Part shown: piece after piece, positions 1 to 14,246 of the stretch
How the letters are laid out: the number at the start of each line of letters is the position of its first letter
Numbering within the stretch: the first letter of the stretch is position 1
Source: Eledone cirrhosa
Taxonomy: Eukaryota
Assembly: GCA_964016885.1 (NCBI GenBank)
Contig: OZ024752.1
Span: 35,836,001 to 35,900,000 of the forward strand
Direction: 5' to 3'
Length of the DNA: 64,000 bases
Made by a program: the position numbers and the translations under genes
Notes under the pieces: model-generated
What the model was told of the DNA's origin: nothing
Seen by the model: the letters and a program-made list of their open reading frames with translations, nothing else
The model's database searches: none

Positions 1-361
1 GTGTATTGTAGAAGTATAACCAATTTATTGCACATAAACTTTAACAACTAACAGACATTCTATGGAAAACTAATGTTCAGTAATAAAATAAGTCATGCAT
101 ATACAGATTTCCCAGACAAAATTCCAAGTGAGGGTCCAAGAAAGGAACCACAAATGATTATCTGGACACTATAACTTAGTTGTGTCAAGGTTATGACAGC
201 CTCCCTCGAGTTAGTGAGCAACATGATAAATGCATCCAGACCACACAGTAAAGTGGTTGGTGATAGGAAGCGCATCCAGCTATAGAAACCATTCCCAAAA
301 AGTCGAGAGTTCTCTTCAGTTGTATCAAGGTCATGACAGCCTCCCTAATTGTGTCTAGGTC

Positions 362-1087
362 ATGACAGCACCCTTTCTGACTGTGTCACCCTGTCTGACA
401 GTGTCACCCAGTCTGACAGTGTCACCCTGTCTGACTGTGTCACCCTGTCTGACAGTGTCCCCCCCCCCCCCCCCTGTCAGACAGTTCCCCCCTGTCTGAC
501 AGTGTCCCCCCTGTCTTACTGTGTCACCCTGTCTGACTGTGTCACCCTGTCTGACTGTGTCACCCTGTTTGACAGTGCCCCCCCCTGTCAGACAGTGTCC
601 CCCCTGTCTTACAGTGTCACCCAGTCTGACAGTGTCACCCTGTCTGACTGTGTCACCCTGTCTGACAGTGTCCCCCCCCCTGTCAGACAGTTCCCCCCCT
701 GTCAGACAGTTCCCCCCTGTCTGACAGTGTCACCCTGTCTGACTGTGTCACCCTGTCTGACTGTGTCACCCTGTCAGACAGTGTCCCCCCTGTCTGACAG
801 TGTCACCCTGTCTGACAGTGTCCCCCCCCTGTCAGACAGTGTCCCCCCTGTCTGACAGTGTCACCCTGTCTGACTGTGTCACCCTGTCTGACAGTGCCCC
901 CCCCCCTGTCAGACAGTGTCCCCCCTGTCTGACAGTGTCACCCTGTCTGACTGTGTCGCCCTGACAGTGTCACCCTGTCTGACATTGTCCCCCCTGTCAG
1001 ACAGTGTCCCTCCTGTCTGACAGTGTCACCCTGTCTGACAGTGTCACCCTGTCTGACACTGTCACCCTGTGTGACAGTGTCACCCTG
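362..1087. repeat. Minisatellite, ~18-21 bp unit (CTGTCTGACAGTGTCACC, variable poly-C)
   Basis: Dozens of tandem copies visible; ORFs 349..855, 521..724 and 938..1156 are translations of the repeat. Confidence 0.95.
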
Positions 1088-2028
1088 AGTGGTCCACTTA
1101 CCCCCTCCTGTCCAACTTCCAAGGACGTTACTAATCTTAATTAATTGACTTTCCATCTTATTTCTCTACTTCAACACATCAAACAAGTCATGAAATTATT
1201 GAGTTTAAGGATTATTTGTCTCATCAATAAAAGCGGTTGAACGAATCTGATTATTACTCGAGAATATTGATTCCATAATACTCTCCATTAAATCAATCAA
1301 GATTTTTTTTTAAACGGATAAGAATCATGTTTTAATTTTAACCTTAAGTTATTATATCAGTGACGGAAAGACCAATGGAAATATTGTTTCCTGTGTACGA
1401 TATAACAATTTTAAGCCTACTCGTCGGTAAGCGAGTGAGGTTTCGGATTGTGTTGATTTGTGCTATAATGTTGTTAGGTAAATCCGTTCAAATTTGCCAC
1501 ATAATTCATCATATCTAAGCATTGATCTTTTCAGGCTTTAACCTACTAAATGTCTCTAACACATCGGCTAGTAGGTAAATATCAATCCAATCCAGGTCCT
1601 TCTCACTCCTGGCTGACCACCACCGCTTTCTCTTTAGTTTTGGTCATGTCTTCAGCGGTAGCAATATTCATCACGCTAGGCTAATTGTGGGTTGGTGAGG
1701 TTATTTAACCCATAGTTGGGGCGAATGGCCGTTGACTCTGAGGAGTTCATGTCAAACTTTAGATAAAATGATAAATAGTGAAAAACATTTATTCAATTCA
1801 TTTGGTCACTCACCCTCATCTATCTACAATTTAACTTATCTATCTACCTTGGTCTTCCAAATATACAGCTGGATCTATAAAAATAATTATCGTCTTCGTG
1901 TTTCATTGTTCCCCCGGGAAAGATGTAGTCATGGTGAAACCTTGACCTCATTATAACTATTTCCAATGATTGCTCTACTTCATTGAATCGCCATTTTGTA
2001 TTGCAAAACAATTATAACTCGACCATAT

Positions 2029-2074
<46 letters not shown>

Positions 2075-2226
2075 AGGGTCACTTTATAATATTAGGTACA
2101 GGCCTCGTATCAGCTTAATTTGGCTCAGTTTGTATATTTAAAAAATATACAAAATTTAACAAACATTGTGTAAAGGTAGCCGATCTCTCAGACTTTTACG
2201 AAGTGATGAGGTGATAAAGTTGATAT

Positions 2227-2331
2227 AATTGTTTCTACTATTGGCACAAGGCCAGAAAATTACCCAGTACATTACTGGTACTTTATTTTATCGACCCCGT
2301 AAGGATGAAAGGCAAAGTTAACCTCGGCGGA
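2227..2331 (-). mobile_element. Fragment of the main tRNA-derived SINE family
   Basis: AATTGTTTCTACT..GGCACAAGGCCAG..TACTGGTACTTTATTTTATCGACCCCGTAAGGATGAAAGGCAAAGTTAACCTCGGCGG matches many other copies in the window. Confidence 0.85.
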
Positions 2332-2350
2332 TAAAGTTGATATAATGGGA

Positions 2351-2535
2351 GGTGTGCTCATGTGCAGAGGTGCTATAAAATAGTTTATAAAATAGGGTGA
2401 AGATCCCATAAAGACAGAAAAAGAAGTTGCCATCGGTCGCTATAAGGAATCGAACCCCAACTTCTTTTTCCATCTTTAAGGGTCTTTACCCTATTTGATA
2501 AGCTATTTTATAGCATCTCCGTACATGAGTACACC
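2351..2535. mobile_element. Hairpin MITE-like element
   Basis: ~80 bp imperfect inverted arms (GGTGTGCTCATGTGCAGAGGTGCTATAAAATAG... / ...CTATTTTATAGCATCTCCGTACATGAGTACACC) around a short spacer. Confidence 0.65.
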
Positions 2536-2616
2536 GTCTTTTGCATTAATATAATGTTTTTATGCAATTGTAACATCTTTACATGTATATTTAAATAAGC
2601 TCATATAAAGAAAGTA

Positions 2617-2944
2617 CAGGGTGTTCCGAAAGTCAAGTGTTGTTTTAACTTTCATTATCTTTTGTTTTAATAATATAATATATAATATCATTAATTATAA
2701 CATATAATAATAATAATATAATTTTCTATTTCAGAGCTCCTACAGTTTGGAAGAGAGGCTGCTTGCACGTGTATGGACACATGATCGTGTGCATTCTGGC
2801 AAGAGCATGGAGTATGTGCGACATGACTTCACTGCAAGATTCGGCAAACCAGCTTCTCCGAAGAGGACGATACTGCGATGGGAACATAAACTGTTTCTCA
2901 TTACTTTTTGGTAGGGGGGTGACAAGAATTTCGGATCGTCCTGT
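2617..2944. mobile_element. Tc1/mariner-type MITE
   Basis: TA-CAGGGTGTTCCGAAA at the left end, TTTCGGATCGTCCTG-TA at the right end (imperfect TIRs flanked by TA). Confidence 0.6.
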
Positions 2945-3315
2945 ACAATATTGGTTTCTAAACACTGATATAAGAGCTTAAATTTGGGGTGTTGCGTATA
3001 TCGACTCTGGAAGAGTGAACAGCAGAATTTACGACGCCGGGAATCGAATTCAGAACGTAAATAGATGTAATTAAAGTTTGAAAGGTATGTTGTTCAACGC
3101 TCTAACCTTTCTACCAATGCACCACAGTAAATTATGTAAGTATAATATTAAATTGAAGTAAAGTAAGTGAAACAATAAAAACAAACTATATGCAAAAATG
3201 TAGGCAATAAAATAGTATTTAATATCATTAATTACAGAGATAAATGGACGTAGTCTTTATCCTTTCATGTAAATATTAAAGAAAATATTTAAAGGTTATT
3301 AATCTAATATATCTG

Positions 3316-4199
<884 letters not shown>

Positions 4200-5358
4200 G
4201 TAACAAAAGTTCTGTCCGTTTTTCTTTTGTTTTTTTTTTTGTTTTTTTTTTGTTTTGTTTTGTTTTTTGTAAGTAAATCTCGAGTTAGATTTAAAGATGT
4301 CTAACTTCTCAATTATATGTTTCATTTTCTTTCTGAGTAAAGAAGAGTGACTGAAAGAACATGGATGTGGGGGGGGGGTCACGATTCCGGAAACGGAGAC
4401 TACAGCCTGCAGGATGAATCAAGAGAAAGGCGCCCAAGAAGGCTAGGTCGTGATGCGTTGAATGCTGCTATTGATACAAACCCGACCTTTACAGTTCGGG
4501 CACTAAATACGGATTTCTATGTGAGACATGCCATCATTCATCGTGAATTGAAAAGGCTTAGTAAAGGGTCAAAGGTTGAAAAAATGAGTTCAGCATGATC
4601 TCTTCTCTCAGCAGACAACCGCAAACAACGTATCGACCGCTGTGCAACATTGCGTTCTCGTGGGCAGCAAATGCCTTTTTTTTAACATAGTCATTACTGG
4701 AGATGAGAAATGGATACTTTACCATAATGTTAAGCGAAGACGTCAATGGTTCAGTCGGGCGGGGTGAAGATCCAGCTCAGCAGCAGCTCAGAGGTAGTCT
4801 GTATCCAAGGAAGATTCTTCTGAGTGTATGGTGAGGTATGCAGGAAATAATTCATCACGAGCTGCTAGGCGATAGTCAAACAATAACAGCCGAAGTCTGT
4901 TGCCAACAACTAAGACGTTTGACAGCAGTTTTGTAACAAAAATGCCCATCATTAACAAACAGAAAATGAGTCATCCTTCATTATGATAAAGCTAGACCTC
5001 ACACTGCATGAAAGACCAAAGATCTAGTAAATAAAATATGCCTGGGAAATTATGCTTCTCTCACCATATTCCCAGAACTCGTACAAACAGATTACCATCT
5101 CTTTAGAAGTTTGCAACATCATTTGAGGAGATTAAGACTTACTTCAAGAGAAGGAGTCGAAAATGAGTTCGTTTCCTTTTTTAGTTCAAAACCTAAAGAA
5201 TGTTATGAACATGGCATTAAAAAGCTTATTGAGAGATGGAGAAAATGATCATGGAGGAAAATGGTGACTTCTTTTAACGATTAAATAAATCTGATATTGT
5301 GCTTTTTATTATTTCATTGAGCCTTAAAAAACGGACATAGCTTTCGTTACAACCTGAT
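4200..5358 (+). mobile_element. Decayed mariner (DD34D-type) DNA transposon
   Basis: Translated fragments ITGDEKWI, HNVKRRRQW, PRKILLSVW*, VILHYDKARPH and PYSP..TDYHLFRSLQH with stops and frameshifts; left TIR remnant GTAACAAAAGTTCTGTCCGTTTTT matches the reverse complement of right AAAAACGGACATAGCTTTCGTTACAACCTGA-TA. Confidence 0.92.
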
Positions 5359-5399
5359 AAATAAATATATATATAATATATATATATAATATATATATA

Positions 5400-5429
<30 letters not shown>

Positions 5430-5430
<1 letters not shown>

Positions 5431-5568
5431 CGAAGGTCGGCTAAAAAGTTCATAGGCTGACTATTGATGCAAGTGCACTTTCCAGAGTCTATGTTGAAAA
5501 ATAAATCTCATTTGGTCATTCCATAAGAGTATCTTGGTCAGCCTATGAATGTTTCAGCAGACCCTCGT
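5430..5568. mobile_element. Short mariner-type MITE
   Basis: TIRs ACGAAGGTCGGCTAAAAAGTTCATAGGCTGAC / GTCAGCCTATGAATGTTTCAGCAGACCCTCGT; a partial second copy lies near 7780-7817. Confidence 0.75.
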
Positions 5569-5581
5569 TTATATTATATAA

Positions 5582-5614
<33 letters not shown>

Positions 5615-5620
5615 ATATAA

Positions 5621-5700
<80 letters not shown>

Positions 5701-5802
5701 ATATAAATATATATATATACATATACAAAGATATATATATATATATTTCGTTTCTGAATTTGTTTAGCAAGATTCTTTATCTGAAATCGTGTGTTGAAAC
5801 CG

Positions 5803-5966
5803 ATATTGTTATACTTTTGGAGGGTCATGTTGCCAATAAGAAACACACGCACCAGTTGCTTTCACTTCAATTTATTATAATAAATTTATAAATTTATTAT
5901 AATAAATTGAAGTGAAAGCAACTGGTGCGTGTGTTTCTTATTGGCAACATGACCCTCCCAAAGTAT

Positions 5967-5974
<8 letters not shown>
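5803..5974. repeat. Near-perfect spacerless palindrome (fold-back insert between TA tracts)
   Basis: ~85 bp arms centred at ~5888 (…TAAATTTATAAATTTA…). Confidence 0.9.
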
Positions 5975-6009
<35 letters not shown>

Positions 6010-6010
6010 C

Positions 6011-6620
<610 letters not shown>

Positions 6621-6647
6621 CACACACAAAATGTGAAATTAATCAAA

Positions 6648-7258
6648 TTATGTCACAAATACAAGTTTTTTCTTTTTGCCCCCCACAGCACTTCCATAGT
6701 TCTGAGAAACATTATTGGCTTCTAATGAATTAATACTTGGTGGAATAGGATTGTTTCTGCCTCCCTGTAATTCGAGAAGGTCTGCAGTTTTCTGTGCAAT
6801 CACCCATGATGTAAAGAATTCGTAGTCGGTAAGTAAATCTTTTACTTGTTCGTTCGGATCCACTTTGATCTTCGGATGAACAATTTCTGGTTTAGGGGTT
6901 GGTTTACCTTTTCCATCAGATTTAATTAAAAATTCTTTAGAGTCGCCAACTCGATTTCTCTTTCTGAAATTCTTCCTACACCGATGAACGCAGTATATGA
7001 CAGAACAACCGCCATAGACAAGAATCAGTAAAGGTAATACACAGTAAAGAGCCATATTATTGTCATCTTCATAAAACTGCTTTATTTTTTCACCAATACT
7101 GAGTTCTCCTTCAGCCGGTGGTGCTGTTGCACTTTCAGTACTTATTTCCAAAAGCTTCCGAGATTTTATTTTGAAAATAACGGGTATGTTGTCAGGTGAT
7201 CCCTGTTCAGGTATCTGCATGTTGAATTTATCACTTGATAGGTCATTGTTACCGAGGG
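6648..7258 (-). CDS. Terminal coding exon of a predicted single-pass (type I) membrane protein
   Basis: Non-repetitive open frame; acceptor TCTTACTTTCAG ends at 7259, phase 1; TM helix MALYCVLPLLILVYGGCSVIYCV followed by basic HRCRKNFRKRNR; stop at 6648. Confidence 0.85.
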
Positions 7259-7344
7259 CTGAAAGTAAGAATGGAAACAGTGAAATAAAGGTCATTAGAC
7301 AGAATTTATAATTAAAAAAATTGTATATGTAGCTAGCTAGTCTC

Positions 7345-7650
7345 ATGCCATCCTCATATCTGACTGTCAGGAGTCATGGACTTATAGACCAGCACTCTTA
7401 TCTTTTCCTGTCTCTTACCATTGCCGTACATTCCGCCAAACTCCTTCCTGTCCATTCCTTAATATCATCTGTCCATCTCCTTTTCTGCCGTCCCATGGCC
7501 CTTTTCCCTTGTATTCGTCCCTCAAGTATGTGGGTAGTCAAATTTGGGGCCCTGATGACATGACCAACATACTGAAGTTTGCTCTTCTTTACTGTTTCAA
7601 CCAACTGTCGATTGGCACCAATCTCTTCCATGGTGACATACAAACGTGTC
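7345..7650 (-). mobile_element. 3' fragment of an RTE-type LINE
   Basis: KLQYVGHVIRAP..HILEGRIQGKRAMGRQKRRWTDDIKEW is the typical RTE ORF C-terminus. Confidence 0.85.
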
Positions 7651-7884
7651 TAGGACATTTTAATCCTAACGGAGCTCATTTCTTCGCCAGGTCTGAATCC
7701 AGCCGATATCTTCCAAAGAAGGAGAGAGAGTGAGCGAGACTGTGGATGTATGTGTATGTACCAGTAATATGTGGGGGTTTCTTGGTCAGCTTATGAACTT
7801 TTCAGCTGAACTTCGTACACAGTTTATGTCCAGACATGACGATAGAAAGAAGATTGGAGAAACTGTTTTTAAGTCATAGTATTA

Positions 7885-8113
7885 ATAATGATTCCTGATT
7901 TAGGCACAAGGCCAGCAATTTGTGGAGATGTGGGGGGGGGGGTCAATTTAATCCACCCCAGTGCATTACTGGTACTATATTATATCGACCCCGTAAGGAT
8001 GAAAGGCAAAGCTAACTTCGGCGACATTTGGACTCAGAACGTAAAGGGTCATAACTCTATGCCGCAAAGCATAATGTCCGACGCCTTACCGATTGATTCT
8101 GCCAATCCACCGC
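7885..8113 (-). mobile_element. tRNA-derived SINE copy
   Basis: Minus strand starts GCGGTGGATTGGCAGAATC, carries a B-box-like GAGTCCAAAT and the central CCTTTCATCCTTACGGGGTCGATA. Confidence 0.85.
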
Positions 8114-8179
8114 TCCTTTGCATACGGGATGGTCATGACTAGAATATCTTTCATCGTAGATCTACCGATTCTACCAAAT

Positions 8180-8820
8180 AATAATTGTTCCTACTTTAGG
8201 CACAAGGCCAGCAATTACCCCAGTGTATTACTGGTACTTTATTTTATCGACCCCGTAAGGATGAAAGGCAAAGTTAACCTCGGCGGGATTTGAACTCAGA
8301 ATGGCATAGAGAATAATAATAAGGAATGTATAGAATAATAATAATATTAATAATAATTGTTTCTACTTTAGGCACAAGGCCAGCAATTACCCAGTGTATT
8401 ACTGGTACTTTATTTTATCGACCCCGTAAGGATGAAAGGCAAAGTCAACCTCGGCGGGATTTGAACTCAGAATGGCATAGAGAATAATAATAAGGAATGT
8501 ATAGAATAATAATAATATTAATAATAATTGTTTCTACTTTAGGCACAAGGCCAGCAATTATCCCAGTGTATTACTGGTACTTTATTTTATCGACCCCGTA
8601 AGGATGAAAGGCAAAGTTAACCTCGGCGGGATTTGAACTCAGAATGGCATAGAGAATAATAATAAGGAATGTATAGAATAATAATAATATTAATAATAAT
8701 TGTTTCTACTTTAGGCACAAGGCCAGCAATTATCCCAGTGTATTACTGGTACTTTATTTTATCAATGAAAGGCAAAGTTAACCTTTCATCCTTACAGGGT
8801 CGATAAAATAAAGTACCAGT
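8180..8820 (-). repeat. Tandem array of a ~171-172 bp SINE-plus-flank unit (~3.5 copies) ending in a short fold-back
   Basis: Units start near 8183, 8355, 8526 and 8698; inverted GATAAAATAAAGTACCAGTA at ~8800-8820. Confidence 0.9.
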
Positions 8821-9063
8821 ATAATAATATACTTGTATATGCTTTGTTTTTTATCTGCCAAGAGAACAATAAATGATATTGTTGTCAATGACGTATTTTA
8901 ATAGTCGGTACTTTTGTAGTCTTGGGAACAAATGAAATACTAATTGTTGTGGTTGGCTGCAGATATAAACATTTTTATTACTGTATTATTGATTTATATT
9001 AGATGATCCATAATCTAGCAACGTCATACAAACAACACAATGAAACCCTGAGTAGATGGCAAT

Positions 9064-9365
9064 TAATTGTTTCTACTTTAGGCACAAGGCCAGCAATTAC
9101 CCCAGTGCATTATTACTGGTACTTTATTTTATCGACCCCCGTAAGGATGAAAGGCAAAGTCAACCTCGGCGGGATTTGAACTCAGATCGTAAAGGGACGT
9201 AACTATGCTGGAAAGCATGGCGTCCGACCCTCTAGGACTCAATACTTGGTCTAATGTCTAAAGTCCATTTAAGGCTCATTAGGCCGGTGTTTATCTCGGT
9301 GTCATAGCGTGAAGCGACTGAGAGTACAAGACTTCCCCCTGGACAGGACGCTAGTCCATCGCAGT
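9064..9365 (-). mobile_element. Main-family SINE copy abutting a second SINE-type fragment
   Basis: Main SINE 9064-9232; 9270-9365 reads CTGCGATGGACTAGCGTCCTGTCCAGGGG on minus, resembling the V-SINE-type central domain. Confidence 0.7.
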
Positions 9366-9657
9366 ACCAATACTTTGTACTATACGAGGTACTAAGATAC
9401 ATTAAAAGGACGCAATACTTGTCGCTAAGATACATTAAAAGGACTCAATACTTGGAACTAATATACATTAAAAGGACTCAATAATTGGTGCCAAGATACA
9501 TTAAAAGGATTCATTGTGAGTCAACAAAATAAACCATTAAAATATTGAACATGCCAGCACGGAAAGAAGGAAGATATGTCACCACACCTTCCATGTTTTT
9601 TGTTTTTTTTCCGTTGTGTGGTTTTTTTTTACCAAATATTTGACTGTTTTCTCTCTC

Positions 9658-9734
<77 letters not shown>

Positions 9735-9745
<11 letters not shown>

Positions 9746-10068
9746 GTAGTTTAGAAAGCCACAACAATGCAGATGGGAAATCTCGAGGTAGGAAGTGAGT
9801 GAGAAATAGGAGAAAAGTGAAAATTGAGAGAAACGAAAATGAAAACAAAACAAAGGTAGAAGGGTTACCGTAGTGGAGATTTAATCCCAATATTTCGGGC
9901 TCACGCCCATCAACGGGGGAAAGTTCCAAAAGGGGGGGAACAGGCTAAGCCGGAGAAAGTTGTTTTCATTCGTTTCTCTCAATTTTCACTTTTCTCCTAT
10001 TTCTCACTCACTTCCTACCTCGAGATTTCCCATCTGCATTGTTGTGGCTTTCTAAACTACATATTTTA
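9735..10068. repeat. Fold-back insert with ~110 bp arms
   Basis: AAAATATGTAGTTTAGAAAGCCACAAC..GAAAATGAAAACAA / TTGTTTTCATTCGTTTC..GTTGTGGCTTTCTAAACTACATATTTT. Confidence 0.9.
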
Positions 10069-10180
10069 CACATTTCACAATGCTTCAAGCAAACTTTAAC
10101 ACCCTCATATATATATATATATTATTTCACGAAATATTATTACAATATGACCCTCCCCAGATATAACAATATATATAACA

Positions 10181-10211
<31 letters not shown>

Positions 10212-10364
10212 TATATCATAATCTATAATATATATATATATGGTAGATATGAACATATCTATATATATATATGTGTGTGTGTGTATGTGTGGTAGGTATG
10301 AACATATATCTGATGAAACACACCTCAACAACATGTGTACTTGTCTTTTCCACACCAATTCCGA

Positions 10365-10417
10365 CTGCCTGAAGAGGTCACAGCCAATGATGGCTGTCAC
10401 CGAAATATATATAGCAG
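10365..10417 (+). ncRNA. Type I hammerhead ribozyme motif (family D)
   Basis: CTGC-CTGAAGA-GGTCACAGCCA ATGA TGGCTGTCACC-GAAA-TATATA-TA-GCAG: helix I, canonical core, helix II, palindromic helix III. Confidence 0.8.
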
Positions 10418-10699
10418 CAAATTTATATATATAAAGAAAATTTCGCTCTACATGGCTGAATACAATAAATGTAATTTGGGTTTTTCGAATATTAATAATG
10501 ATTTCTTTATTAACCACAAGGGTTTACATAAAGTAGACATTAAGGACAGTGCAGGACAATACAGGACGGTACAAATGGGCATTTCTGCGTGTAAAAAACA
10601 AAAACAGAGGATGTAACAAAAAATAACAATGAAAAATTCCCCAATAGGGGGGAGACTTCGGAGGGATATTTGAGGGATAAATGTAATCTGGGTTTTTCG

Positions 10700-10965
10700 A
10701 ATATTAATAATAACATTCGATTCGTTTGCAATTATGCAAACAAGCCTCAATTTTATAGCCATGTCAGTAGAATGAACACTTCATTCTTGCTCTCTGACAG
10801 TTTTCAGGTGAACAGTAAGCTGTACTTATGAAGGGTGATACCCAGAAACATCAATGTCTGCAGTTCTGTTTGCATGCCAACACAAGAGCAGAGCAAGAAT
10901 GAAGTGTTAATTCTACTGACATGGCTGTTTGCATACTTGCAAACCAGTCGAATGTCATTATTCAG
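10700..10965. mobile_element. Hairpin MITE-like element; related pieces at 10440-10500, 11385-11415 and 17550-17745
   Basis: Inverted arms AGCCATGTCAGTAGAATGAACACTTCATTCTTGCTCT / AGAGCAAGAATGAAGTGTTAATTCTACTGACATGGCT. Confidence 0.65.
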
Positions 10966-11198
10966 CTTGGTAGCAATCTAATACCTGGAACTAATAAAAG
11001 TGTACTAGAGGTTGTTTTTCTCCAATTCAATAACAAGTTCCATTCTGCATTTATTAACGAAATGTATGATTTGGCCCATCTACTTCCGGTTCTGTAATTT
11101 TACATAAGCAAAACCTTGCCTCCCGCTCTCTGTCTGTCTGTCTGTCTCTCTCTCCGTCACCCCCCCCCCCTTCTCTCTCTCCGTATCCCCCCCCCCCT

Positions 11199-11383
11199 TG
11201 TGGATTGGCAGTATCGGTAGGGGGTCGGACGCTATGCTTTGACGCATGAGTTACGGCCCTTGCCATTCTGAGTTCAAATCCCGCCGAGGTTAACTTTGCC
11301 TTTCATCCTTACGGGGTCGATAAAATAAAGTACCAGTAATGTACTGGGTAATTGCTGGCCTTGTGCCGAAAGTAGAAACAATT
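11199..11383 (+). mobile_element. tRNA-derived SINE, near full length
   Basis: TGGATTGGCAGTATCGGTAG (A-box-like), GAGTTCAAATCCC (B box), central GCCTTTCATCCTTACGGGGTCGATAAAATAAAGTACCAG, 3' AGTAGAAACAATT. Confidence 0.9.
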
Positions 11384-11587
11384 ATTAATATTCGAAAAAC
11401 CCAGATTACATTTATTATATATATATATATATATATGAAAAATTCAGGACCCTAATGGCTGAGCTCCGGTCGTTTCAACAGCCAGATCCTAACTCGGGTT
11501 CCTGAACTTTTCATATTGCCCATTCTACTACCCCAAGTATCGAGAAATCTGGCGAATAATGGTCTTACTCGTTTTTACCACCTCCAT

Positions 11588-11648
<61 letters not shown>

Positions 11649-11711
11649 TAAATATCAGAGAAAACAACATCAGATTTTTGAATAATTACATTTACTAGCT
11701 GATAAATTTGC

Positions 11712-11780
<69 letters not shown>

Positions 11781-11783
<3 letters not shown>

Positions 11784-12134
11784 GATATTAATAAATGGAA
11801 ACTATATTTATAAAACCATATTTATTTCATTATACATATTTCAGGGATACCAAATTAAATTATGGTATGCCTTCATCCAAAAACAATGGTTGCATTTTAA
11901 TAGGGTACGTCAAAGCTTATTTGTAAAACTGTTATATATTGTATTTTGTCTGATGAAGGCATACCATAATTTAATTTGGTATCCCTGAAATATGTATAAT
12001 GAAATAGATATGGTTTTATAAATACAGTTTCCATTTATTAATATCGTATATCTACTCCAAATACTTGTCGAGTGCTTTATATCAGTTATAAAAATATTTA
12101 CTTGTTGTATCCCAACAATTTTAAATAGAACTTT

Positions 12135-12138
<4 letters not shown>
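11781..12138 (+). mobile_element. Short fold-back PLE 3' end (family A) with hammerhead motif at ~11942-12008
   Basis: Inverted arm 11781-11875 vs 11953-12048; CTGATGA-AGGCATACCA..TGGTATCCCT-GAAA-TATGTA-TA; homologous to the 3' end of the PLE at 39350-39570; flanked by (TA)n. Confidence 0.85.
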
Positions 12139-12210
<72 letters not shown>

Positions 12211-12694
12211 AAGACATAAAATTGCTATTTAGTTCAGTTGACCTAGATGTTGACAAGACATCACTTCTGAGTCTTCTGTCCAATATCAATGTGAAGTTAC
12301 ATTGATTAAAATTGTTTGCAATTACAATATTGCACCTTTTGTCATTCAGAAACAAGATGTCATGTCTTTGTCAGTGGTATACGTTGTCAGTTCCGACGCC
12401 TAATATAAACATTGCTGTTAAAATGTTTCTAATTTCAAGCGCCAACACCAGCTCTAACTTAGCTTTTAAGGATTCCAAGATGTAATAAATTAGAAATCCC
12501 TATTTACAGAAGCATTTATGTGTGACTTAGAATCAAAAATGACAACCTATTCAGCACACCATGTAAATATTTATCATCTGGTCTCTTAAGCGTCGGCCAT
12601 TTGTAAGTAATTTAAGATAATGCTGTAAGATAATACTGGGGATTTGAGTCAGTATATCGTTAAACATTTGGTTCGTTACATGTAGGCGTTATGT

Positions 12695-12753
<59 letters not shown>

Positions 12754-12852
12754 CCTATGTATCTATTTGTCTGTCTGTCTGTCTGGCTCTCTCTCTCTCT
12801 CTCTCTATCTCTTTCTCTCTCTCTTTCTCTCCCTCCCTGTCACTTCTCTCTC

Positions 12853-12886
<34 letters not shown>

Positions 12887-13185
12887 GATCCGATTCAACA
12901 AGATCCCACACCTCATTAGCTTAGCCGACAGGGTGGGACTCGTCGGATCAGACAGAGGAAACAATATTGCCATTGGTCTTTCCAATTGCTAATATTATCT
13001 AACAGTTGCAACTCCTGTCCTATGTACGTGCGTGCGTGTGTGTGAGAGAGAGAGGGGGAGAGGGGGAGGGGGAGGGGGAGATGGGAGTTAAACACACATG
13101 AAAAAATCAATGACAAAGAAGTGAAATGAATGTGTGAGGTTTTCATCTCCAAGGGTTGATGACAAAATAATTACCGATCTTGTAC

Positions 13186-14246
13186 AAACCAACAATGGCG
13201 GTGGATTGAGCAAACCAACAATGGCGGTGGATTGAGCAAACCAACAATGGCGGTGGATTGAGCAAACCAACAATGGCGGTGGATTGAGCAAACCAACAAT
13301 GGCGGTGGATTGAGCAAACCAACAATGGCGGTGGGTTGAGCAAACCAACAATGGCGGTGGATTGAGCAAACCAACAATGGCGGTGGGTTGAGCAAACCAA
13401 CAATGGCGGTGGATTGAGCAAACCAACAATGGCGGTGGATTGAGCAAACCAACAATGGCGGTGGATTGAGCAAACCAACAATGGCGGTGGGTTGAGCAAA
13501 CCAACAATGGCGGTGGGTTGAGCAAACCAACAATGGCGGTGGGTTGAGCAAACCAACAATGGCGGTGGGTTGAGCAAACCAACAATGGCGGTGGGTTGAG
13601 CAAACCAACAATGGCGGTGGGTTGAGCAAACCAACAATGGCGGTGGATTGAGCAAACCAACAATGGCGGTGGGTTGAGCAAACCAACAATGGCGGTGGAT
13701 TGAGCAAACCAACAATGGCGGTGGATTGAGCAAACCAAGAATGGCGGTGGATTGAGCAAACCAACAATGGCGGTGGATTGAGCAAACCAAGAATGGCGGT
13801 GGGTTGAGCAAACCAACAATGGCGGTGGGTTGAGCAAACCAAGAATGGCGGTGGGTTGAGCAAACCAACAATGGCGGTGGATTGAGCAAACCAACAATGG
13901 CGGTGGATTGAGCAAACCAACAATGGCGGTGGATTGGGCAAACCAACAATGGCGGTGGATTGAGCAAACCAACAATGGCGGTGGATTGAGCAAACCAACA
14001 ATGGCGGTGGATTGAGCAAACCAACAATGGCGGTGGATTGAGCAAACCAACAATGGCGGTGGGTTGAGCAAACCAACAATGGCGGTGGGTTGAGCAAACC
14101 AACAATGGCGGTGGTTTGAGCAAACCAACAATGGCGGTGGGTTGAGCAAACCAACAATGGCGGTGGGTTGAGCAAACCAACAATGGCGGTGGGTTGAGCA
14201 AACCAACAATGGCGGTGGGTTGAGCAAACCAACAATGGCGGTGGAT
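13186..14246. repeat. 26 bp minisatellite (AAACCAACAATGGCGGTGG[A/G]TTGAGC), ~40 copies
   Basis: Direct reading; 26-aa periodicity in all three minus-strand ORFs. Confidence 0.98.

Noticed and set aside
349-1156. Cys/Pro-rich ORFs
   Set aside because: Derived from the 18-21 bp minisatellite; no splice or homology support
7259-7346. N-terminal 29 codons of the 232 aa ORF
   Set aside because: Polypyrimidine tract and AG acceptor at 7259-7270, with an RTE fragment immediately upstream; a better signal-peptide exon exists at 21740-21803
11199-11383. A/B-box sequences as functional tRNA genes
   Set aside because: No cloverleaf; they are heads of high-copy SINEs
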